Of a stretch of 64,000 nucleotides of DNA, positions 19,045 to 29,333 are shown one piece after another (position 1 is the first letter of the stretch; the number at the start of each line of letters is the position of its first letter). Both the position numbers and the translations under genes were made by a program. The notes under the pieces were generated by a model. It ran no database searches. It had not been told where the DNA came from and was given only the letters and a program-made list of their open reading frames with translations. Origin of the DNA: Kosmotogaceae bacterium (GTDB lineage Bacteria > Thermotogota > Thermotogae > Petrotogales > Kosmotogaceae); assembly GCA_046483075.1 (NCBI GenBank), contig JAWODV010000042.1, positions 70,623 to 134,622 of the forward strand, written 5' to 3'.

Positions 19045-20370
19045 CTACTTCCCAACACAAAAATTACTGAAAATTGCATTCATTATATCATCCTGGACAG
19101 TAGCACCTGTAAGCTCATCAATTATTCTGATGGATTGATTTATATGTGATGAAATAACATCAACTGTTATTCCTTCATCTAAAGCCTTCTCTGTTTCTAT
19201 TAGAAGCTCCAGCGCTTTTTTGACCGTACCTTTTTGCCTTTCTGTCACAAATAATTCACCATGATATTTTTTTCTAAAGTTTTCCGTCTTTCTAAGCATA
19301 AACTGTTCAAGCTTTTCCATACCGGTTCCTTTAAGAGCGCTAACAGATACATCTACAAATTCAGGGGTTTTATCAACCTTATCCCTTTTGTTACCAACAA
19401 CTATGACATTGCCAAATGCATCTTCATAATCATCATAAAGGTCTAAATCCTCTTTTGGTGAAGTCAGGTCAACCATAAACAAAACAAGGTCAGCCTGTTC
19501 CAGTTCTCTCAGACTCCTTTCAATACCTAATTTCTCAACTCTATCCGAAGCCGGGCGAATACCAGCTGTGTCAATTATTTTAAAATACACACCCGAAATA
19601 CTGAGTGCCTCTTCGATAGTGTCTCTTGTTGTACCAGGAATCTCTGTAACAATAGCTCTATCTCTTCGCAATAGCGAGTTGAGAAGAGTTGATTTGCCAA
19701 CATTGGTCCTTCCCGCTATTACAGTCTTCACTCCATGAGTCAAAATAATACCGTTACTGCCATGTTTTAGCAGGTCTTCCATGGTCCCAATAATTTTTTT
19801 AAGTTCTTCAGCAATTTTTTCAGTTGAAACTTCCATTTCATCAGGATAATTCAAAACAACTTCGATCTCTGCAAGTAAATTCACCATTCTTTTTCTAATT
19901 CGATCTATTGCCCTACTCAAACCACCTTTATAAGATGAGACAGCCGCTTTAAGAGCTTCTTTCGTATGTGCATTAACGATTGATTCAATGGATTCGGCTT
20001 TAACCAGATCCATTTTCCCGTTCATTACAGCTCTTTTTGTAAACTCTCCTGGCTGGGCTTCTCTAAAACCAGCACTTATTAACTTTTCAAGTGCCAACTT
20101 CAAAACAACAGGACTGCCGTGAAAATAAAGCTCAACCAAATTTTCTCCTGTATAAGAATGGGGCAATTTGTAGAACACGCAATTAATTTCATCTATCATT
20201 TCATTATCAATAAAAAACTCCTTCAAATACATATGCCCTGGTTTAGGTACTTTATTAAAAGGAACAAATTTCTTTACCAGATCCCAGCTTTCGTTACCAC
20301 TGCATCTAATAATTCCTATAGCAGATATAGCAGGATATGTAGCTATCGCACAAATTGGCTCATATATCAT
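19045..20370 (-). CDS. mnmE: tRNA modification GTPase MnmE (TrmE)
   Basis: 441 aa with G1 GRTNVGKST, G3 DTAG, G4 NKRD and the C-terminal C-x-G-K tail (FCVGK). Confidence 0.9.
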   Translation of the reverse strand: MIYEPICAIATYPAISAIGIIRCSGNESWDLVKKFVPFNKVPKPGHMYLKEFFIDNEMIDEINCVFYKLPHSYTGENLVELYFHGSPVVLKLALEKLISAGFREAQPGEFTKRAVMNGKMDLVKAESIESIVNAHTKEALKAAVSSYKGGLSRAIDRIRKRMVNLLAEIEVVLNYPDEMEVSTEKIAEELKKIIGTMEDLLKHGSNGIILTHGVKTVIAGRTNVGKSTLLNSLLRRDRAIVTEIPGTTRDTIEEALSISGVYFKIIDTAGIRPASDRVEKLGIERSLRELEQADLVLFMVDLTSPKEDLDLYDDYEDAFGNVIVVGNKRDKVDKTPEFVDVSVSALKGTGMEKLEQFMLRKTENFRKKYHGELFVTERQKGTVKKALELLIETEKALDEGITVDVISSHINQSIRIIDELTGATVQDDIMNAIFSNFCVGK

Positions 20371-23300
20371 TTTCTTTCACCCACAAACATTCGTTCAAGA
20401 ATATTCATAACTCTACTCCTGTATACAGAATACACAAAAACCCTCGATTCGTTTTCATTAACAATAGCTTTAAACCTTTTGAAAAGCCTTCTATCTACCT
20501 TGCCTTCTTTAAAGAAAATATTCAACATCTGCGATTCTGAGTCATAATCAATTATACTTACGCCTCTATTATATGCTCCAATTCTAATACGTGAAGCTCT
20601 AAGTAAAGATGTTGTATGTTCTGGTAGTGAACCAAATCTGTCTTTCAACTCACTTTCGATATTGTCGATATCATCCACACTCTCGGCAGTTGCTATTCTT
20701 CTATAGATCTTAAGGCGTTCAATGGAATTACCAATATAAACTTCTGGAATAACCATATGATAAGGTATATTACGTAATTCTGTATCAATAACTTTTTCTG
20801 TTACTGTTTCCTTTTCTTCTTTACCTTTCATTTCAGCTACTGCTTTTTGTAGCATTTCATTATACATATATAAACCAACAGTTGAAATATTTCCATGTTG
20901 TTCATCCCCCAACAATGCACCAAATCCTCTTATCTCCATATCCTTCATTGATAATTTCATACCACTACCAGCTCCGGTATATTCATTGATCGCCTTCAAT
21001 CGTTCTTGTGCCTGTGAAGTCATGCTTTTTTTATCATATAGAAAGTAAGCGAATGCCCTTCTATCGCTTCTCCCCACTCTACCTCGCAACTGATAAAGTT
21101 GTGCAAGGCCATAGCGATGAGAATCATCGACAATTAATGTATTGGCATTGGGTATATCGACACCACTTTCAATTATAGTTGTGCAAAGCAATAGATCAAT
21201 ATTACCTTTGTAAAAAGCTTTCACATTATTCTCAAATAACTTCTTTTGCATTTTCCCATGTGCAACTCCGATTTTTGCTTCAGGAATTAACTCTCTTAAC
21301 ATCTTTTCACGTTCATCCAGTTCTTCTACACGATTATGTACATATATGACCTGTCCACCTCTGTTAATTTCTCTCAGAACAGCGGTTCTAACAAGCCTGC
21401 TCTTAAACTGTCCAACATATGTTTCTACTTCTCTTCTTCCATAAGGCGGGGTTGAAATTACTGATAACTCTCGCAACCCTGACAAAGCCATATAAAGCGT
21501 TCTTGGAATGGGTGTAGCACTCATTGATTGAACATTAACTGATAGCCTAAGTTTCTTAAAATATTCCTTCTGCATAACTCCAAACAATTGTTCTTCGTCA
21601 ATAATAACAAGTCCAAGATCTACAAAAGACAATTTCCTAGAAAGAAGGCTATGCGTTCCAATCAGTATATCTATATTACCTTTCCTGACACCCTCAATTA
21701 TATGATCTCTTTCCTTAGTTGTCCGGTAACGATCAAGGATATCCACCTTTATCCCGAAGGGTTCCATGCGCTCTACAAAGGTTTCATAATGCTGAGAAGC
21801 CAAAACTGTTGTAGGTACTAACACAGCAACCTGCCTGCCTGAAATAACTGATCTAAATGCAGCTCTTAAAGCAATTTCTGTTTTCCCGAAACCTGCGTCA
21901 CCGCTGATTAATCTATCCATTGGCTTTTCATCAGCTAAATCTTCAAGTACATAATTAATTGCGTTAATCTGGTCTTCTGTTTCAACATGAGGAAAACTGT
22001 TCTCAAATGCCTTTTCCAGTTCTGGATCGCCATTTAGTTGACAACCCTTTGTCCTTTCCCTATTAGCATAAAGTAATGCTAGTTCTTTTATTCTCTTTCT
22101 TAAATCCTTTTCAACTCTTTTTTTCTGTCTTGTCCATACATTGCCGTGTAAAGAATTTAATTGGACGCCTTCTTCGGGTCCTACATATTTGTGAACTCTA
22201 TCTACTCTTTCAACAGGTACATAAATCTTTGTATTGTTTTTATATTCAAGGGTTAAATACTCTCGGGTTCCAAGAAGATTAGTAATTTTCTTAACTCCCA
22301 GAAATCTTCCGATACCATATTCTCTATGAACAACATAGTCGTTGACGTCAAGCTCAGTCCAATCAACAATAGGTACCCTTGGTACCTGCTTTTTTTCTTT
22401 GTATTTTTTTAATTTCCCAGCTTTAACCGTTTCTGACCTTTCCTTATCCCACGCTAAATATTCAGGCTCTTCTGAGGAGACAATATGATAATCTTTACGC
22501 GCAAGAAGGTTTTCAGGCGAGACACCACTATATCGTTTATAGAGGATTGAAGCTGCCCTATTTTCCTGTAGATATTCCTGCACTTCTCTCTCTACTCTCT
22601 GGAATTCATCAAGGCCCTCATCGGGTTTGATCAAATATAACCAAACATTATTAAAGTAATCAATAAGATAAGACTGGTTTTCGTAAAAAACACCGGAGAC
22701 GGTTTCAAATAGTTTCTGATCATCCAGTTCATAGGGTATCATTGTTCCTGTTTTTTCTTCTATTTTTTTCACTCTGTCCCTGAGTCTAAACCTGCTGGTT
22801 TCAGTAAATACAGCTTCAGAAGCAGGCGTTATGGTTGCATTATTTTTGGTTTTTATGCTTCTCTGATTTTGAGGGTCAAAAATCTTAATACTTTCAATAT
22901 TATTATCAAAAACATCTACCCTGTAAGGGTATTTATTGCCAGGTACGAATATGTCAAATATCTCTCCCTTGATAGAAAACATACCCGGTTCGCTAACTGT
23001 GAAGACCCTTTCATAACCAATTTCAGTAAAACGTTTCGGATTTAACTCAACAGTACCTGATTTTTCAAGAACTATACTGTTGCTTTCAAAAACTTTTCTT
23101 GGAATCGTTTTTCTCAATAACCCGTGAAGGCTTGTATAAATAATGCTGGCATTTCCATAAACTATATGATAAAGTGCTCCCATCCTGTAACGTCTTACCC
23201 TTTCCGATATTCCAATCTCTTCAAAGGGAAAAACGTCATGGGAAGGGAAAATCAACTCGTTGACACTCAAATCCTTTGATTTTATAAAACGATTGAGAAA

Positions 23301-23399
23301 TCGTTCGTCGGGAAATACAACAATACTTGTTTTCTCAAAATCATTAGCATGTTTAACAAGCCATGCAGTTTCATCATTTGTTAATATCAATTGTTTCAC
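20367..23399 (-). CDS. mfd: Transcription-repair coupling factor Mfd
   Basis: 1010 aa with a CarD/TRCF RNAP-interaction block (DYVVHREYGIGRF) and SF2 motifs GDAGFGKTE, IIDEEQLFG and QLRGRVGRS. Confidence 0.95.
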   Translation of the reverse strand: MKQLILTNDETAWLVKHANDFEKTSIVVFPDERFLNRFIKSKDLSVNELIFPSHDVFPFEEIGISERVRRYRMGALYHIVYGNASIIYTSLHGLLRKTIPRKVFESNSIVLEKSGTVELNPKRFTEIGYERVFTVSEPGMFSIKGEIFDIFVPGNKYPYRVDVFDNNIESIKIFDPQNQRSIKTKNNATITPASEAVFTETSRFRLRDRVKKIEEKTGTMIPYELDDQKLFETVSGVFYENQSYLIDYFNNVWLYLIKPDEGLDEFQRVEREVQEYLQENRAASILYKRYSGVSPENLLARKDYHIVSSEEPEYLAWDKERSETVKAGKLKKYKEKKQVPRVPIVDWTELDVNDYVVHREYGIGRFLGVKKITNLLGTREYLTLEYKNNTKIYVPVERVDRVHKYVGPEEGVQLNSLHGNVWTRQKKRVEKDLRKRIKELALLYANRERTKGCQLNGDPELEKAFENSFPHVETEDQINAINYVLEDLADEKPMDRLISGDAGFGKTEIALRAAFRSVISGRQVAVLVPTTVLASQHYETFVERMEPFGIKVDILDRYRTTKERDHIIEGVRKGNIDILIGTHSLLSRKLSFVDLGLVIIDEEQLFGVMQKEYFKKLRLSVNVQSMSATPIPRTLYMALSGLRELSVISTPPYGRREVETYVGQFKSRLVRTAVLREINRGGQVIYVHNRVEELDEREKMLRELIPEAKIGVAHGKMQKKLFENNVKAFYKGNIDLLLCTTIIESGVDIPNANTLIVDDSHRYGLAQLYQLRGRVGRSDRRAFAYFLYDKKSMTSQAQERLKAINEYTGAGSGMKLSMKDMEIRGFGALLGDEQHGNISTVGLYMYNEMLQKAVAEMKGKEEKETVTEKVIDTELRNIPYHMVIPEVYIGNSIERLKIYRRIATAESVDDIDNIESELKDRFGSLPEHTTSLLRASRIRIGAYNRGVSIIDYDSESQMLNIFFKEGKVDRRLFKRFKAIVNENESRVFVYSVYRSRVMNILERMFVGERK

Positions 23400-23465
23400 A
23401 AAAAATCATTTCTCCCTTAATCATTCACTATTTAAATTTTATCATTGTTTGAACATCTTTTCCTG

Positions 23466-23474
23466 TGCTATAAT
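23466..23474 (+). promoter_or_regulatory. Extended -10 promoter element (TGcTATAAT) for the thiamine operon leader
   Basis: TGCTATAAT lies about 7 nt upstream of the riboswitch P1 region. A TTGAAC at 23449 is only 14 nt away, so the promoter is probably of the extended -10 type. Confidence 0.45.
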
Positions 23475-23568
23475 GTACTTACCAGGGGAGCTTTTAAAGG
23501 CTGAGAGTGCGTGCGGCGCAGACCCTAAGCACCTGATTCGGGTAATACCGACGAAGGAAGGTCTGAGT
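23474..23568 (+). promoter_or_regulatory. TPP (THI-box) riboswitch aptamer
   Basis: A GC-rich island in AT-rich DNA carries the conserved blocks AGGGGAGC, CTGAGAG, GACCC and ACCTGATTCGGGTAATACCGACGAAGGAAG, matching the THI element core (CUGAGA ... ACCUGAUCUGGAUAAUGCCAGCG). Confidence 0.85.
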
Positions 23569-23569
23569 A

Positions 23570-23596
23570 ATGCCGTTCTTCTGGACGGCATTTTTT
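23570..23596 (+). terminator. Riboswitch expression-platform terminator
   Basis: ATGCCGTTC-ttct-GGACGGCAT forms a 9-bp stem with one G-U pair, followed by TTTTTT running into the SD GGGAGGTGA. Confidence 0.7.
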
Positions 23597-24593
23597 GTTG
23601 GGAGGTGATTTTACGAAACTTAAGGTATTTTTAATAATTTTTTTAATGCTCACAGCAACAATGACAATGGCTAACCAAAAGCTTGTTATTTACACCTATG
23701 ATAGTTTATTACCTTTAGCCAGTGAAGCATTTCAAACCTTTGAAGAAAAAGAAGACATTGAAATTGAGCTTCATGCTATTGGTGATGCCGGCACTTTATT
23801 ATCGAGGATAATCTCACAAAAGGAAAAGCTTGAGGTTGATGTAGTAATTGGAATCGACAATATTCTTGCTCAAAGAGCTTTTGAAGAAGGCCTTTTTATA
23901 GGTTATCTGCCAAGTAATGCTGAAAGAATTGACGATCCTTCAGTGATCTTTGATCCTTTCTGGAGATTAATTCCATATGATTATGGAGCGATTGCACTAA
24001 TTTATGATCCTAAAAACCTAGATGATATAAATGTAAAAAGCTTTGACGACCTTACCAGAAAAGAATTTAATCGATCTATTATCATTCAGGATCCAAGGAC
24101 GTCAAGCACCGGACTGGCATTTCTTGTCTGGACATATCTGCTACATGAAGATGATTTTGGTACCTTCTGGAAAGAATTTAACGATTCCATCCTCACAATT
24201 ACACTTGGTTGGGGAGACGCTTTTGAAAAATTTGAAGCCCGGGAGGCGCCCATGATGGTGAGTTACGCTACAGACAAGGCTTACTCAATGCACAACTACA
24301 ATGAAGCAAAATATGAGGTTCTTATTCCAGGAGGAAAAGGTTACGTTCAAATTGAAGGAGCAGGAATAATAAGATGGAGCAATCGGAAGGATGAAGCAAA
24401 AAAATTCATAGAATTTATGTTATCCGACGAATTTCAGAAACACATTCCTCTTACTCAATGGATGTTCCCTGTTACTGATGTAGAATTACCCGAGGTATAT
24501 GATTACGCAGTTAACCCTTATGAAATCTTGAAGGCACCGACAAATTTGGATATAGAACAGCTAATCGATGAATGGGAAAAAGCGATTTACTAA
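23595..24593 (+). CDS. tbpA: Thiamine ABC transporter substrate-binding protein
   Basis: 332 aa with a signal-peptide-like N-terminus (KLKVFLIIFLMLTATMTMA/NQ). It is a periplasmic binding protein sitting directly under the TPP riboswitch. The start codon is uncertain: TTG 23595/23598 precede the SD, and no canonical in-frame start follows it before ATG 23646. Confidence 0.75.
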   Translation: MLGGDFTKLKVFLIIFLMLTATMTMANQKLVIYTYDSLLPLASEAFQTFEEKEDIEIELHAIGDAGTLLSRIISQKEKLEVDVVIGIDNILAQRAFEEGLFIGYLPSNAERIDDPSVIFDPFWRLIPYDYGAIALIYDPKNLDDINVKSFDDLTRKEFNRSIIIQDPRTSSTGLAFLVWTYLLHEDDFGTFWKEFNDSILTITLGWGDAFEKFEAREAPMMVSYATDKAYSMHNYNEAKYEVLIPGGKGYVQIEGAGIIRWSNRKDEAKKFIEFMLSDEFQKHIPLTQWMFPVTDVELPEVYDYAVNPYEILKAPTNLDIEQLIDEWEKAIY

Positions 24594-26184
24594 TCGGTTA
24601 TTTTCATTAGTTTTTGCAGGTCTTTTTGTAGTAGTTCTAATTATATTTCCACTTGCAAAAGCCTTTGGTTCTTTCTCTGGTGAAGAAATTCTGAACACAC
24701 TCAGCAAACCCACAATTTCGAAAATTCTTCGATTTACATTATTTCAGTCAGTAGTAAGCACAGCATTAGCATTTTTTATCGGTCTGCCTGCTGCCTATTT
24801 TTTTGCCAGAACCAGGGGAATCCTTTCTCGAGCATTAAACTACATTACCTTCATTCCTTTTTTCTTACCCAGCATTTCCATGGTTGTTGGATTTCTTGTG
24901 TTATATGGAAAACAGGGAATAATAAATAATTTAGCACGCGCCTTGGGATTTTCAGAAATCAATATCCTTTACTCATTTGGAGCCATTATTCTTGGTCATG
25001 TTTTTTACAATTCACCAATAGTTGTAAGAGTTGTAGGGGATTCTTTAAGAAAGGTTCCAAAAGAATTCATTGAAGCCACGAAAATCGATGGAGCATCCAA
25101 AATAAAAACATTTTTTAAACTTGAATTACCTCTCGTGATGCCGTCTATAGTGACATCACTTATTCTAATTTTTTCTTATTGCTTTACCTCCTTTGCTGTC
25201 GTACTTATTTTAGGAGGTTCTCAGTTTGCTACAATGGAAGTTGCCATATACATGTATTTTAGATTGCTTGCCCGTCCTAGCATTGCGCTTGCACTGGCAA
25301 TAGTACAATTTCTATTTATATTTGTTTTCGGATTGGTTCTTTTCTTTATGGAGAAAAGAACAAATTATCGAACTGGAGAATATTACTATTCTCATTCCCG
25401 TTCTCTTAGTACTTATTCTATTCTCTATTTTCTATTTGAAAGCATGCCTTTAGTCGCAGCAATCGCAGGCTCCGTTTACAACTTTGCAACTCATAGCTTT
25501 ACCTTTGATCGAATTAAACAAATATTCAGTTTCTCACGATGGGAGATGTTAAACACTTCACCAATAATTGCCTTTTTAAGATCCATTGCAATTTCACTTT
25601 TTACAGCCTTCATTGGGGTTATTCTGTTTTTTATCATAACGTGGAAGCTGCGCGAAGACAAAAATTCTAACCTCTTTATCAGGTTAATTTCGTTGATAAG
25701 CATTTCAATAACACCTGCAATTTTAGCTCTGAGTTACAGCATAATATACGGAACAATTCCTGTTGTAATAAAGCTCATTTTTGCATATCTGGTGGTATCA
25801 TTCCCAGTAGCAGTTGGTTTAATGCATTCGAGTATAAGCTCACTTGATAAAAATCCACTGGAAGCTTCGATGATCGATGGAGCTAACTCCATACAGCGAT
25901 TCTGGTATATTATATTACCAATAATGAAACAGGTCTTTTTATCAACATTTGCCATAATTTTCGCTATTTCTATGGGCGAATTTGCAGCATCATTAATAAT
26001 CGGAGGCGAAAAATTCCCGACTGCTACCGTTGCTATTTACAGACTTATTTCAGCAAGATATGTGCCTGAAGCAAGATTTCTCAGCGCACTTTTAATCATA
26101 ACTGTATTTACTTTTATTGGATTAACAACAAAGATATTTGTTTATCCTTCTAAAGTGAACGATAATAATCGCAACAATCTCTAA
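24568..26184 (+). CDS. thiP: Thiamine ABC transporter permease (fused double permease)
   Basis: 538 aa that is highly hydrophobic, with two tandem ABC-permease halves. Each half has an EAA-like loop (EATKIDGASKIKTFFKLELP and EASMIDGANSIQRFWYIILP). Confidence 0.8.
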   Translation: MNGKKRFTNRLFSLVFAGLFVVVLIIFPLAKAFGSFSGEEILNTLSKPTISKILRFTLFQSVVSTALAFFIGLPAAYFFARTRGILSRALNYITFIPFFLPSISMVVGFLVLYGKQGIINNLARALGFSEINILYSFGAIILGHVFYNSPIVVRVVGDSLRKVPKEFIEATKIDGASKIKTFFKLELPLVMPSIVTSLILIFSYCFTSFAVVLILGGSQFATMEVAIYMYFRLLARPSIALALAIVQFLFIFVFGLVLFFMEKRTNYRTGEYYYSHSRSLSTYSILYFLFESMPLVAAIAGSVYNFATHSFTFDRIKQIFSFSRWEMLNTSPIIAFLRSIAISLFTAFIGVILFFIITWKLREDKNSNLFIRLISLISISITPAILALSYSIIYGTIPVVIKLIFAYLVVSFPVAVGLMHSSISSLDKNPLEASMIDGANSIQRFWYIILPIMKQVFLSTFAIIFAISMGEFAASLIIGGEKFPTATVAIYRLISARYVPEARFLSALLIITVFTFIGLTTKIFVYPSKVNDNNRNNL

Positions 26185-26776
26185 TAAAACACTTATCACA
26201 TAATGGTTTTTGAGGTTTGCATATATTTTTTCCAAATTCCACCAGTGAACCGTTCAGGGGACCCCAAAGTTCTTCAGGAATTAATTCAACAAGCTTTTTT
26301 TCTGTATCGTCAGGTTTTTTTGCATGAACCCACCCAATTCTATTTGCTATTCGATGAACATGTGTGTCCACCGCCATTGCTGGAATACCAAAACCAACAA
26401 ATAAAACAATATTTGCTGTTTTTCTTCCAACTCCAGGTAATGAAACGAGTTCTTCTAAATTATTGGGTACCTTATCATTGAACTTGTTATGAATAATTCT
26501 AGCTATTTCTATAATCCGGGTAGATTTTTGTCGATACATGCCAGACGCCTTAATCAATTCATATAGATCTTTGGGCTTTGCTTTAGAAAGCTCTTCTGCA
26601 CCTCTATAGACACTAAATAACTTCCTTGATGCCATTTCAGTATTTTCATCTCTGGTTCGCTGACTCAAAACTGTGCTTATTAGGATCCTGAATGGGTCTT
26701 TATGATATCGATATCGTGGAAAAGACTTTATGATTTTCTCCGCTATGAATTCCGGTTTACAATCAACAGAGCTCAT
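26150..26776 (-). CDS. nth: Endonuclease III
   Basis: 208 aa with HhH-GPD motif LPGVGRKTANIV and the C-x6-C-x2-C-x5-C cluster loop (CKPQKPLCDKCFIRDCC). Its 3' end overlaps the convergent thiP by 35 nt. Confidence 0.9.
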   Translation of the reverse strand: MSSVDCKPEFIAEKIIKSFPRYRYHKDPFRILISTVLSQRTRDENTEMASRKLFSVYRGAEELSKAKPKDLYELIKASGMYRQKSTRIIEIARIIHNKFNDKVPNNLEELVSLPGVGRKTANIVLFVGFGIPAMAVDTHVHRIANRIGWVHAKKPDDTEKKLVELIPEELWGPLNGSLVEFGKNICKPQKPLCDKCFIRDCCDYYRSL

Positions 26777-28179
26777 TGTTCAAGAAATGCCCTGTAGGCT
26801 CTATACGTTTCAAACACATCAACTTTCGATGAAATTTCAAATGGAGAATGCATTCCCAATATAGGTGTTCCTGCATCAAGTACATCCATACCTCTTTCAG
26901 CGAAGAACTTGGCAACTGTTCCTCCTCCACCTTGATCAACTTCACCAAGTAATGATGTTTGCCAGTTTATGTTTTTTTTATTAAGTAGATTTCTTACTGT
27001 TCCAATCATTTCTGCACTTGCATCATTAGTTCCGGCCTTTCCCTTATAACCTGTATATTTAACCAAAACAACACCATGTCCCAATCTGGCAGCATTTGTA
27101 AGATCATGCACCTTTTCATGCATCGGGTTAACTGCAGCACAAACATCTCCAGATAACATTTTAGAATTATCAAGTGCTTTTAATGTATCTTCATAGGGTT
27201 GATTGCTACCTTTCAATTGTGCAAGCCTTGCTATAGCATTAAGCCAGAAATAACTTTTGGCTCCTGTTGTACCTGTGCTTCCAATCTCTTCTTTGTCAAG
27301 TAAAAGTACACCAATGTTTGAATTTTCTTTATTTGCTTCAATAAGAGCTCTGATTGCAGTGTAAGAACATACCCTATCATCCTGTCCGTAGGCACCTATC
27401 ATTGAACGATCAAAACCGACTTCTCTTGGTTTATGTATAGGAACAAGTTGAAGTTCTGCGCTAATAAAATCTTCTTCTGTGATTCCATACTTCTCATTCA
27501 ACATCTTCAAGATATTCAACTTAACAAGATCTTTTGCATCTTTTTCATTTGATTCAATTGGAATAGTTGCACAGAGCGCGTTCAAATCCTTTCCTTTGAA
27601 TACTTCACTCACGCTACCCTTTCGATCATCAAGATGCGGTAAAAGATCACTTATAGTGAATACTGGATCATCTTCTTTTTCTCCAACTGAAACCTCAATT
27701 AATTCCCCGTTTTTATCATAAATGACTCCATTCAATGCAAGCGGTATATTAAGCCAGTGGTATTTTTTTACTCCACCATAATAATGTGTTTTTAGTAAAA
27801 GATATCCACTTTTCTCCTGAAGTGGTAATGGTTTTAAATCAAGTCTTGGAGAATCGATATGAGCTGCTAAAAGTTTTAAGCCTTTTTCCAGACTTGAATT
27901 TAATTTAAAGGCAAGTATAGCTTTTGATGACTTCACAAAGTAAACGCCTTCAGATGCTTCAAACTGCTTTTTTGAATTGATTTTATCCAAAGAAATATAA
28001 CCCTTTGATTTTAAAAACTCTTCAAAAAAAGCTACTGAACTTCTCTCCGTTTTTGCCCTTTGAAGAAAATCCATATAATCCTGCGAAAATCCTTCCACCT
28101 CATTTTTTTCAACTTTGAACCATGCATTTTCCGACGAATGAATAAGTTGTTTTCTTAAATCTTTTAAATTATTCTTCAA
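26773..28179 (-). CDS. M18-family (aspartyl-type) aminopeptidase
   Basis: 468 aa with blocks AAHIDSPRLDLKP, GQDDRVCSY, LDKEEIGSTG and GMHSPFE, typical of M18 zinc aminopeptidases. Confidence 0.8.
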   Translation of the reverse strand: MKNNLKDLRKQLIHSSENAWFKVEKNEVEGFSQDYMDFLQRAKTERSSVAFFEEFLKSKGYISLDKINSKKQFEASEGVYFVKSSKAILAFKLNSSLEKGLKLLAAHIDSPRLDLKPLPLQEKSGYLLLKTHYYGGVKKYHWLNIPLALNGVIYDKNGELIEVSVGEKEDDPVFTISDLLPHLDDRKGSVSEVFKGKDLNALCATIPIESNEKDAKDLVKLNILKMLNEKYGITEEDFISAELQLVPIHKPREVGFDRSMIGAYGQDDRVCSYTAIRALIEANKENSNIGVLLLDKEEIGSTGTTGAKSYFWLNAIARLAQLKGSNQPYEDTLKALDNSKMLSGDVCAAVNPMHEKVHDLTNAARLGHGVVLVKYTGYKGKAGTNDASAEMIGTVRNLLNKKNINWQTSLLGEVDQGGGGTVAKFFAERGMDVLDAGTPILGMHSPFEISSKVDVFETYRAYRAFLEQ

Positions 28180-28317
28180 AACTACACCTCCTTATTTTTT
28201 ACAATTTTACCACCTTAGAAAATCCATGTCTTAAATGATTGCAAAATACCATGATTGTTTATACTGTATAATTGTAACGAAAAAAAATTAATTGAAGAAT
28301 ATAGAATTTTCTAAAAG

Positions 28318-28890
28318 GTGATTCATTTGAACGAAAAGAAGCTTATAGAGGGTCTAAAGAAAAAAAAGATATGGGCATATGAAGTCCTTTACAATGAATA
28401 TGCTCCGAAACTGGGTAGCGTTATTAAGTCGTATTTGAAGACTGATGATGTTGAAGATGTTTTACAGGAAACATTTATAAAGGTTTTCAAAAGTATAAAG
28501 AGGTTTCGTGGAGATTCTAAATTGTCTACCTGGTTATACAGAATAACAGTGAACGTTTGTAAAGACATAATAGCAAAAAGAAAAAAAAGAAAGCAATTTT
28601 TAACAGATTTTCAGGATCGGGAAGAAAATTATAACCTGAATCCAAAATCCAGCACAAACGTTTTTAAGGAAGTAATGGATGAACTGAGCTATGAAGAACT
28701 TATGGAAATCGTAAACAAACTTTCAGAAGAAGACAGGTTGCTGATAAAATTAAGAGATGTTGATGGTCTGGCATACGCTGAAATAGCCGATATTATTGAT
28801 AAACCGGTGGGCACAGTAAAAAGCAAACTTCATTACGCTCGTAAACGTCTAAGAGATATGCTAGAGGAGGTAGATTATCATGTTAGATAA
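28318..28890 (+). CDS. ECF-type sigma-70 family factor
   Basis: 190 aa with region 2 (VLQETFIKVFKSIKRFRGDSKLSTWLYRITVN) and a region 4 HTH (LAYAEIADIIDKPVGTVKSKLHYARKRL). The start is GTG 28318 or TTG 28327. Confidence 0.85.
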   Translation: MIHLNEKKLIEGLKKKKIWAYEVLYNEYAPKLGSVIKSYLKTDDVEDVLQETFIKVFKSIKRFRGDSKLSTWLYRITVNVCKDIIAKRKKRKQFLTDFQDREENYNLNPKSSTNVFKEVMDELSYEELMEIVNKLSEEDRLLIKLRDVDGLAYAEIADIIDKPVGTVKSKLHYARKRLRDMLEEVDYHVR

Positions 28891-29320
28891 CAATAACTTT
28901 GACGAATTGCTCAATAACAAAAATAAACCTCACGATATTAGTGAAAAAGAAAAAGAAGAACTAAGGAAGTATTTAAAATTCATTGAGGCTTATAAACATA
29001 GAACATCTTATAATCCTGGAGATAATACAAAGGATAAGGTTTTAAATGGCATTAAAAAGAAAAAATTTATTCCATACCGAATAGCAGTGGCGGCAGCTGC
29101 ATGCTTTTTAGTACTTTTCACAGGTATCAACTTTATATCAACAAATACAATAATAATTGCAAATAAAAATGCCCCCGAATCAAATAATGGGATAGAAAGA
29201 AGTGCGAACCTATCTACATTTGAAGATATCGACGAAGAATTGATGAGACGTTCTGCGGGCTTTTTCAGCGAAAGCAACAATTCTGAATCGGATTATATGG
29301 TACTTGGAACAGGATTTTAA
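28880..29320 (+). CDS. Putative anti-sigma factor (single-pass membrane protein)
   Basis: 146 aa overlapping the sigma-factor gene by 11 nt. It has a charged cytoplasmic N-domain, one TM helix (IAVAAAACFLVLFTGINFI) and no zf-HC2 motif. The call rests on position and topology only. Confidence 0.5.
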   Translation: MLDNNNFDELLNNKNKPHDISEKEKEELRKYLKFIEAYKHRTSYNPGDNTKDKVLNGIKKKKFIPYRIAVAAAACFLVLFTGINFISTNTIIIANKNAPESNNGIERSANLSTFEDIDEELMRRSAGFFSESNNSESDYMVLGTGF

Positions 29321-29333
29321 TAGAGGTTAATAT

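Noticed and set aside
23260-23634. A 124-aa plus-strand ORF spanning the mfd 5' end, the TPP riboswitch and the tbpA start.
   Set aside because: It reads straight through a recognisable riboswitch and its terminator, so it is not a plausible coding region.
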